Source of the DNA: a virus
Taxonomy: Duplodnaviria > Caudoviricetes
DNA: 27,457 nt
IMG/VR virus record: IMGVR_UViG_3300038809_000013
Span: 1-27,457 of that record
Direction: 5' to 3' (one strand)
Below, one piece after another: positions 18,428 to 24,659 of this stretch. Below the pieces are notes generated by a model, which worked only from the letters and a program-made list of their open reading frames with translations, did not search any database and was not told where the DNA came from. Within the stretch, counting starts at the first letter, position 1, and every line of letters starts with the position of its first letter. A program made the translations under genes and the position numbers.

Positions 18428-18856
18428 CTATTTGCATGAAGTGACGGCAACTATATCGAATAGCTTGCCGTCACTAAATGCATATTCATACTGTATGACT
18501 CCACCTAAATCTATAAATGAAGTTAAGTATTTATCTAAGCATACGGCTTGTTTTGCATTACTTCTGAGGATTCCTTTTGCTTTTTCTATGTTGGCATAGT
18601 TATTGTTATAAGCTTTCTCTAAGGCGTTGCGAGTGTTTTTCATTTCACCTGTAATAATGACACGCGTATTTTCTGTTTTCACTTCTGTTATGTACAGGTT
18701 TTCGCTGTTCTTGATTGGCAGCTCTTTTTGCAATTCGCCTGCTATTTTTTTTGCATAGATACACATATCCTGTTTTGTTAGGTTTGGTGTGCATTCGTCA
18801 GCTATGGCATAGGAGGGCCCAAGCAGGAAAATTGTAGCTATTAAATATTCTTTCAT
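18428..18856 (-). CDS. Exported/periplasmic moron protein (4 Cys; weak resemblance to AspS/GspS-beta-type fold)
   Basis: AT-rich; signal peptide MKEYLIATIFLLGPSYAIA; VC.D..L..FIDLGG.IQYEY motif. Confidence 0.7.
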   Translation of the reverse strand: MKEYLIATIFLLGPSYAIADECTPNLTKQDMCIYAKKIAGELQKELPIKNSENLYITEVKTENTRVIITGEMKNTRNALEKAYNNNYANIEKAKGILRSNAKQAVCLDKYLTSFIDLGGVIQYEYAFSDGKLFDIVAVTSCK

Positions 18857-18892
18857 TTTCAATAATCCATTGGTGAAACAAATGGTGACTAC

Positions 18893-19189
18893 ATGCAAGC
18901 AATAGGTTTTATCATATACATGGGTATTGGCATTGTCCAATTGGCAGCAGTTATGGCAGGGCTTGAGTCATAGTGGGGGCTGAACGGATTCTTCTCGTTT
19001 ATTCTTGCAGCGATCATAGCCTACATCCCTATCCTTGGTACAGTGGTAGGTATGGCCGGCGCGATGAAGGCATGGCATTGGGAGTGGTGGCAGGCTGGCG
19101 GGTTATTCTTCGGTGCGCTTATCTTGACCTTCGCCCTGGGCGGCATTGCAGGTTTGGCCGAATGGTTCAGTAACAGAAAACGGGCATGA
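18893..19189 (+). pseudogene. Small multi-TM inner-membrane protein with premature TAG at codon 27
   Basis: MQAIGFIIYMGIGIVQLAAVMAGLES*WGLNGFFSFILAAIIAYIPILGTVVGMAGAMKAWHWEWWQAGGLFFG...RKRA*; TAG 18971-18973. Confidence 0.8.
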
Positions 19190-19204
19190 ACCAATAACCT
19201 CACC

Positions 19205-19230
19205 AAGCCCCTCATGGGGCTTTCATTTTT
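19205..19230 (+). terminator. Rho-independent terminator
   Basis: AAGCCCC-tcat-GGGGCTT-TCATTTTT. Confidence 0.75.
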
Positions 19231-19291
19231 CCTAATATTGTCTATATTAATCTCTCCGCATTTGCGGGAACTACACACAATGGAAAATATA

Positions 19292-19453
19292 ATGAAGAAA
19301 ATAATTTCAATGCTACTGGTTGTAATGGCTATTGGTGCTTCTGCTCAGGTATACGCCGGGTCATGTGACCACTCAACAGACCGCGCGAAAGATGGATCTG
19401 TTTGCGGTGATCGCTCGGCAGATGCCAGGAAAGGTGGTGGTGGATCACGTTAA
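19292..19453 (+). CDS. Small secreted two-Cys peptide
   Basis: Signal peptide MKKIISMLLVVMAIGASAQVYA then GSCDHSTDRAKDGSVCGDRSADARKGG. Confidence 0.75.
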   Translation: MKKIISMLLVVMAIGASAQVYAGSCDHSTDRAKDGSVCGDRSADARKGGGGSR

Positions 19454-19455
19454 AC

Positions 19456-19477
19456 AAAAAGCCCGCATAGCGGGCTT
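19456..19477. terminator. Terminator between convergent genes
   Basis: AAAAAGCCCGC-ata-GCGGGCTT. Confidence 0.75.
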
Positions 19478-19982
19478 AGTCTTCAGTGTCAGATGATGAT
19501 TTTGAAATCCTTCCAATAGCGAAGACAGAGGCTAGTCCGATCAAGTCAACAGTAATTAGCGTGCCAGCGAAAACAGTTTGTCCTTTAAGGGCAAATAAAG
19601 TCGCTATAGCTAAGATAATCAAGGTTATTGAATATGCCATCCATTGACCACGCCTATCCTTTCCGATAGCCCCATCAACAGATTTCTCTGTTACTCGATG
19701 TCTATGGGCTTGCTCTTTTTCACTTCTCTCCAAAATCCTCTCAGCGGCACCAGGCACAATGTCATTGTACTCGCGCAGCATTACGGGAGGAGGAAGTGGG
19801 CCGCGGAATGCTGATCGGCTAACCATCGCCATGACCTGCGGCCTATCAAGAAGTCGTTCTAGAACTACTGGATTTTCAACTAACTCATGCTCAATTTTGT
19901 CAACCAGTTGAGTGGATTCTGAGCATGTTTCATCAGGCTCTGACTGGCTTCCTTGAGATTCTAACTCTGTGCTCTTTTCCAT
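19476..19982 (-). CDS. DUF2335-family membrane protein
   Basis: FRGPLPPP..LREYNDIVPGAAERIL...EKEQAHRH plus two C-terminal TM helices; RBS GAGGT before ATG 19982. Confidence 0.85.
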   Translation of the reverse strand: MEKSTELESQGSQSEPDETCSESTQLVDKIEHELVENPVVLERLLDRPQVMAMVSRSAFRGPLPPPVMLREYNDIVPGAAERILERSEKEQAHRHRVTEKSVDGAIGKDRRGQWMAYSITLIILAIATLFALKGQTVFAGTLITVDLIGLASVFAIGRISKSSSDTED

Positions 19983-20145
19983 AAACCTCAATGCTCACCA
20001 TCAGGTCTTTGCCATAAGCCCGAACATCTGAATCCATATTCTCAGCATCAGATTTAGTACCAGCTATTTTCTGGTAGTCGGTGTTTGGAACCATGTTAAG
20101 AATGCTGCCAGCAGCGCGCAGATATCTACGTGTGGACTGCAACAT
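19933..20145 (-). CDS. Small protein upstream of and overlapping the DUF2335 gene
   Basis: Strong RBS AAGGAGGT; 70 aa MLQSTRRYLRAAGSILNMVP...SDAENMDSDVRAYGKDL. Confidence 0.75.
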   Translation of the reverse strand: MLQSTRRYLRAAGSILNMVPNTDYQKIAGTKSDAENMDSDVRAYGKDLMVSIEVYGKEHRVRISRKPVRA

Positions 20146-20179
20146 ACCGTACCTCCTTTGAACCCAACAAAAAAGTTGA

Positions 20180-20222
20180 ATTACCACTTCGGTAATCTTA
20201 CTCAAGTTTGAGCAAACCTCAA
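20180..20222 (-). promoter_or_regulatory. Promoter of the DUF2335 pair with operator ATTACCACTTCGGTAAT (20180-20196)
   Basis: Minus TTGAGG-N16-TAAGAT; operator overlaps -10/+1. Confidence 0.55.
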
Positions 20223-20230
20223 GCGGTATC

Positions 20231-20280
20231 GTGAAACGGGATGACGTTTCATGAAATGGCGTGAAACGGGATGAAGCGCC
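20231..20280. repeat. Five RTGA-initiated units at exact 10-bp period
   Basis: GTGAAACGGG ATGACGTTTC ATGAAATGGC GTGAAACGGG ATGAAGCGCC. Confidence 0.7.
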
Positions 20281-20304
20281 GGCGGAGCACCGGCGCGGAG
20301 TGGG

Positions 20305-20994
20305 TCACATCTTCCCGATCGCGTGGTCGATGTAGCGGGCGTGGGTCTGGATGTCACCCAGCGCGCGGCGCATACCGCCGACATAGCCGCGTATAACGTC
20401 CAGCTCCCGATCGGCTGCCGATACATCGAACCCGTCAGCGCGCAGCCATTCCAGCAGAGTGAGTAGGGTGCTGCTGTCGTCCTTGCTCAGGAAGTCGCGG
20501 ACGATTGTCGCTTCGTGCTTCCGGTTCGCTGGTAGGCTGTAGTTCGGTCGTTTGCCAGCAGGGATGAACTCGCCCTCATGGATGATCTGCTGCAGCTTAT
20601 CGACCAGGGCGGACAGGTTGGCGGTGCCGGTCAGATCACCCAGGGTGTTATGGCCATAGCGCTGGCTGGTTAACTCGCTCTCCATCCGGTCGAACTCCGC
20701 GATATACGCTTCCTTGAACTGCGCCGCCTTCTTGCCGGTGAAGCCCATCACCAGGAAGACGAAGCCGTTCTTGGTCATTTCGTACATCTTGTAGGTGTTA
20801 CCGTTGTGCTCATATGGAACCAGCGAAAAGTTGCTGGTTAAAAATTGGTCTGAGCATTCAAGGTTTTCAACCTTCTGGGTTACGTGCTGGTGTTGTTTGG
20901 CAAAGAAGGATGCAACTGATTTGGTGGTTGTGATCGGACGGCCGCTGCGAACGACAATTTCAGGGGCGATACTGCAAGGGAATTGGGTAGCCAT
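20305..20994 (-). CDS. rha: Rha-family regulator fused to a C-terminal Ant-like antirepressor domain
   Basis: Rha motif YEMTKNGFVFLVMGFTGKKAAQFKEAYIAEFDRME; residues 175-224 align ungapped to the 21362..21610 protein. Confidence 0.85.
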   Translation of the reverse strand: MATQFPCSIAPEIVVRSGRPITTTKSVASFFAKQHQHVTQKVENLECSDQFLTSNFSLVPYEHNGNTYKMYEMTKNGFVFLVMGFTGKKAAQFKEAYIAEFDRMESELTSQRYGHNTLGDLTGTANLSALVDKLQQIIHEGEFIPAGKRPNYSLPANRKHEATIVRDFLSKDDSSTLLTLLEWLRADGFDVSAADRELDVIRGYVGGMRRALGDIQTHARYIDHAIGKM

Positions 20995-21046
20995 TGTGAT
21001 GACCTCTACGCTGATGGTTATTTATCACCACCATAGACGCCAATCC

Positions 21047-21128
21047 TGGTGGTGAACCGTACAAGGTTGGCGTACCGGTCAGCGTAGGCTCCGGCGCATC
21101 TTGCGATGCCCCTGCACGGCCCACCATT
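21047..21128 (-). ncRNA. c4-type antisense RNA (P1/P7 c4 family)
   Basis: Closing stem TGGTGGGCCGTGCAGGGG/CCTTGTACGGTTCACCA; contains CTACGCTGA and ACGCCAA, complementary to TCAGCGTAG and TTGGCGT targets present both upstream and downstream. Confidence 0.85.
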
Positions 21129-21154
21129 GAGAGGGTGTAGCTGTACTCCGCACA

Positions 21155-21178
21155 CAAAAAAACCGCTTAAGCGCGGTC
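21155..21178 (-). terminator. Terminator in the c4 leader (a1-b1 region)
   Basis: Minus ACCGC-gcttaa-GCGGT-TTTTTT. Confidence 0.65.
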
Positions 21179-21267
21179 GTGCGCTACGCTGATATACGGG
21201 ACGCCAATCCCGGCACCAGATTTTGCTGGTGCGATATCACTGTGGCGCAGGTTTGCGAGAAAGTAAA

Positions 21268-21284
21268 TGTACCATTTTGGTAAT
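21268..21284. promoter_or_regulatory. Operator TGTACCATTTTGGTAAT abutting the putative -35 of the c4-rha promoter
   Basis: Variant of the 17-bp operator; minus TTTACT-N17-CACAGT starts at 21267. Confidence 0.5.
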
Positions 21285-21325
21285 TAATTGGCGAGGTGGA
21301 ATTGAAAAAGATTACCTGATAATAA

Positions 21326-21342
21326 GCCGGGCTAGGCCCGGC
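21326..21342 (-). terminator. Hairpin terminator downstream of ant
   Basis: GCCGGGC-tag-GCCCGGC, followed on minus strand by TTATTAT. Confidence 0.55.
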
Positions 21343-21361
21343 GTGGTATTGATGGTGGTAA

Positions 21362-21610
21362 TTATTGTTCCAGCCGGTGTGTAATAAATTTCGAATGGGT
21401 TCTAATTTCTTCCTTTAGCTTTTCGTTTTGTGTGACGTAGTTCACTAAAGCGTTCAGTTCCAGCATAGCGCCGCCGATCTCTGAGCCGTCCGCATCCAGC
21501 TCTTTCAGTAGCCTTTCCAGTAGTGAATCCCTAGCTAATCCAGCAATCCCTTTGCACGTGTTGATATTCTTCTCCAGCATCCTGCTGGCTGGGTAGCCGT
21601 ACTTCTTCAT
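21362..21610 (-). CDS. ant: SPC32H Ant-like antirepressor
   Basis: 82 aa; DS.L..LLKELD.DG......EL.ALVNYVT......I.TH matches recalled SPC32H Ant; divergent from tailspike, SOS-box-like site upstream, RBS GAGGT. Confidence 0.8.
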   Translation of the reverse strand: MKKYGYPASRMLEKNINTCKGIAGLARDSLLERLLKELDADGSEIGGAMLELNALVNYVTQNEKLKEEIRTHSKFITHRLEQ

Positions 21611-21639
21611 TGCGTGTTGCACCTCGCTCAGCCTATAAC

Positions 21640-21659
21640 TACTGTATAAATAACCATAC
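21640..21659. promoter_or_regulatory. Degenerate LexA (SOS) box TACTGTATAAATAACCATAC
   Basis: CTG-N10-CAT instead of CTG-N10-CAG, 30 bp upstream of ant ATG. Confidence 0.65.
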
Positions 21660-21695
21660 ATAATAATGACTAGTTTAGCAATATGCGCAATTGAA

Positions 21696-21712
21696 ATTAC
21701 CACTAAGGTAAC
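21696..21712. promoter_or_regulatory. Operator ATTACCACTAAGGTAAC between ant and tailspike
   Basis: Matches the 17-bp consensus. Confidence 0.65.
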
Positions 21713-21798
21713 AAAATTAAATATACCACATAATTAAATTCATGTATGGATTGTCAGCCGCTAGAATGCTCTTTAAGTGAGCAAATGGGGCAAATGAA

Positions 21799-24048
21799 AT
21801 GACCGTATCAACTGAGATAAGCCGCGAGGAATATACCGGCAACGGGGTGACGACAGACTTCGATTACCGATTTCGTGTGTTTTCTGCGGATGAATTGGTT
21901 GTATCTGTCGCTGACACAACAGAAAACATCAGCACGCTGGTGCTCAACACCGACTACACGGTAACCAGCGCAGGAAGCAGAGCCGGCGGAAAGGTGAAGT
22001 TGGTAAACCCGCTGGCGAACGCTTGGCGTATCAGCATCGAGCGCGATCTTCCAGTAACGCAAGAAACCGATATCCGTAATCAGGGTAACTTCTTCCCTGT
22101 GGTGCATGAGGATGCCTGGGACAAGCTGACCATGCTGATCCAACAATCGATAGGCTCTATTGATTTGGCACTTCGTAAGCCTAATTGGCTGGCAAAATAT
22201 TACGATGCCAAAGGAAACAGGATTTCCAACCTTGGCAATCCGAAGTACCCACAGGACGCCGCAACCAAAAGCTACGTAGACACTGCTGGTGATGGCCTCT
22301 TTAAAAAGACCCTGCGTTTCCCTGAGAATGTAGCTGCAATGCCGGATGCTGATACGCGTGGACACTCTCTACAGGGGTATACAACGGAAGGTAAACCAGT
22401 TCCCGTTTTCGCTATGACGGATACTGCCGATCTGGCTTTGAAACTGGCGAGTGAAGGTGGTGCTGGTCTGGTTGGTTTTGATATTGAAAAGACATACCCG
22501 ATCGCCACAATCGGCCACCAGTTTACGAACATCTTCCGTAATGCTCAGCACCTTGAATTTTATTACGACAAACTCGGAGACTGGGATGAGGCTTATTTCC
22601 AGGCTCAAATGAATGTTTTCCGTCTGGGTTTTTCTCCGCACATGATTCTCCCAGGTGGTGTTATCGATACGTACCGGCCATTATTTGGCGGCCCGGCTAT
22701 CGGTGATCTGATCCACGCGCGTCATCCAGAGCTTGGTCTGTCTAACGGTGATGGGACTTATAAAGCAACATGGCCACTTATCCTTAGCGGAGTTTATAAG
22801 AAGAACGAGGATGGGTTAGCGAACCCATACACAGGAACCCAAATCGTGTTCCATGGATGCGCAGACCAAAACGATAATACCTGGCGTGATTTTGGTGTAA
22901 TTCATGCTGCGCCAACTTTACTTTCTGAGCGCCGTGGTACGCATCCTGTGAAACAGTGGATGGGTACGGTAAAAATTGATGATCTGAATATCCGGGTTCT
23001 TAATCAGGACGACAGTCGACATGGGAAGTGTCATGGGATTTATAGTTTTTATGGTCCAAAGAGCGAGGTTAATAAGGCGGTCGTTTATCAACCTTATGGC
23101 GGCGGTATTATCTGTGACATGATGTGGGACTCTGCCTTTCGAGATTGCGTATTGCTGCAATGTGGGCGTATGAGTCCTAATATGGCTGATTACCAATCTG
23201 CTAAAAATGTTGATATAAAATATCAGACCTATGCCCCGCTGCATATTTTGTATTCTGCCACTGGCACGGATAACAGTAACTTTATCAGGTTCGAAAACTT
23301 CCATTTTGAAGATAATTATCACTCTGTCGCTGATGTGATTGTAAGCGGTGACTCTTCGCCAATTCATATTATTAACAGCCACCACGAAACTGATCGGGCG
23401 GCGGGTGTGCCTGCAGTGGCCAATGGTGGGTTTAAGAAGCGTCTCGCTGCCGGCACTGTTGGCGTTCGCTATGTAGGCCAGGATTCGGAGCCCGGCTTTG
23501 ACTATACCGCCGGGCCGTTTACTGCACGTGGCGGCTATCTTCATGCAGATGGTGCCAACGGTTATCAGCTTGGGTATGACGATGTATATTACGGCGGTAG
23601 ATATACAGGCGCTGTCCTTGAAAACATTAAGTTCCCTAACGGTGGGGGAATAACTGTTGTAGCTGGCAATACGGCGTGCACTGTTGTCACATCGAATAGT
23701 AATTTCACTGACGTTAATTTCAGTGGTGGTAACGAAAGCTTCTGCCCACTGAAAATGTCTAATTGCAATATAAAATCACTGACGATGAATTACGCCTACG
23801 GATTTAAACTATCAAACGTTGAGGTTGATGCCGCTATAACCTTGGCAAATATGTATTCTAACCAAAATGGTATTTGTGGATTCAGCAATGTATCAGCAGC
23901 AAGTATAACTGGCATTGTTAGTTATGGTACTGGTGATATTACATTAACGTCGGCATCAATTAAGTCTGAAGTTGTCTGTTACTTTGGGAGTCTAACCATA
24001 CCGAGGTATTCATATTACAACAGTGTTGTTCTAGGGGGGGCACCATAA
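21799..24048 (+). CDS. Tailspike/receptor-binding protein, probable beta-helix depolymerase
   Basis: N-terminal anchor YTGNGVTTDFDYRFRVF...HEDAWDKLTML; Asn/Gly/Ser-rich beta-strand repeats in the C-terminal part. Confidence 0.85.
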   Translation: MTVSTEISREEYTGNGVTTDFDYRFRVFSADELVVSVADTTENISTLVLNTDYTVTSAGSRAGGKVKLVNPLANAWRISIERDLPVTQETDIRNQGNFFPVVHEDAWDKLTMLIQQSIGSIDLALRKPNWLAKYYDAKGNRISNLGNPKYPQDAATKSYVDTAGDGLFKKTLRFPENVAAMPDADTRGHSLQGYTTEGKPVPVFAMTDTADLALKLASEGGAGLVGFDIEKTYPIATIGHQFTNIFRNAQHLEFYYDKLGDWDEAYFQAQMNVFRLGFSPHMILPGGVIDTYRPLFGGPAIGDLIHARHPELGLSNGDGTYKATWPLILSGVYKKNEDGLANPYTGTQIVFHGCADQNDNTWRDFGVIHAAPTLLSERRGTHPVKQWMGTVKIDDLNIRVLNQDDSRHGKCHGIYSFYGPKSEVNKAVVYQPYGGGIICDMMWDSAFRDCVLLQCGRMSPNMADYQSAKNVDIKYQTYAPLHILYSATGTDNSNFIRFENFHFEDNYHSVADVIVSGDSSPIHIINSHHETDRAAGVPAVANGGFKKRLAAGTVGVRYVGQDSEPGFDYTAGPFTARGGYLHADGANGYQLGYDDVYYGGRYTGAVLENIKFPNGGGITVVAGNTACTVVTSNSNFTDVNFSGGNESFCPLKMSNCNIKSLTMNYAYGFKLSNVEVDAAITLANMYSNQNGICGFSNVSAASITGIVSYGTGDITLTSASIKSEVVCYFGSLTIPRYSYYNSVVLGGAP

Positions 24049-24356
24049 TGACCGTTCGGATCGGAGCAACCATTCAGTTACCATCATGTAATCTGAATTC
24101 GGTAATTATTCCAGGTGACTATGTATTGCCATCTGGTAACACGTATGCGAATTTTCCGCCTGAGCTAACGGGCCGCACTATTTTCATGCAGGTTAAATAT
24201 GAGAACTTCAACACTACGTTACTCTCTCAAGAGTTAAAGCCTGTTACTGGAGCGCAGTCTATTTTCCGGCGAACCGGTTCTCAGGCAAGCGGATCTTTAT
24301 TGCACGGGACATTTGGTTTCAACGTGTATTACTCATTCACTGGGACAGTAGTTTAA
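24048..24356 (+). CDS. Small tail-associated protein with knob-like motif
   Basis: TAATG coupling; NLNSVIIPGDY...NFP...QEL...IFRR resembles pyocin-knob-type fibre domains. Confidence 0.6.
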   Translation: MTVRIGATIQLPSCNLNSVIIPGDYVLPSGNTYANFPPELTGRTIFMQVKYENFNTTLLSQELKPVTGAQSIFRRTGSQASGSLLHGTFGFNVYYSFTGTVV

Positions 24357-24367
24357 GGAGGTGCCTA

Positions 24368-24640
24368 ATGTCGTTTGTAATCAGAAAAACGCTTCAAGTA
24401 AATAAATCTTATCCTGAGTTACTGCTGGAAATACCGGGTGCCACAGAGGACGTTGATGTTACTTATGAGGTTATTGCACTGGAACGAATGGCAGGCACTA
24501 CTGCAACGGTCTGGTACACGTTTTCTGTCGATGGGGTAACGTCAGGCTGGAAGCGGCAGTTTGATTTTCAGTATGACGGAACTGGAAGCCCTATCGAAGA
24601 AGGAGAGCGCGCTCTGAAATCTTATTTAGGTGCACCATAA
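24368..24640 (+). CDS. Small tailspike-associated hypothetical protein
   Basis: RBS AAGGAGGT; 90 aa, beta-rich, ends [18 protein letters not shown]. Confidence 0.7.
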   Translation: MSFVIRKTLQVNKSYPELLLEIPGATEDVDVTYEVIALERMAGTTATVWYTFSVDGVTSGWKRQFDFQYDGTGSPIEEGERALKSYLGAP

Positions 24641-24659
24641 ATTCCCCGAGGGGTGGGGT

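Noticed and set aside
2634-19475. GCCCGCTATGCGGGC at 2634 and its reverse complement at 19461 as ends of an invertible segment
   Set aside because: Both are near-palindromic terminator stems, so only the 3-nt loop is informative; no invertase seen
20960-21157. Ash-like ORF (MVGRAGASQDAP...)
   Set aside because: Coincides with the c4 RNA and its targets and lacks a clear RBS; RNA structure explains the sequence
24078-24140. Additional operator-like sequences (GTTACCATCATGTAAT, ATTGCCATCTGGTAAC)
   Set aside because: Intragenic, with wrong spacing and mismatches
21799-24640. BPP-1-type diversity-generating retroelement
   Set aside because: No reverse transcriptase and no TR/VR repeat pair visible in the window
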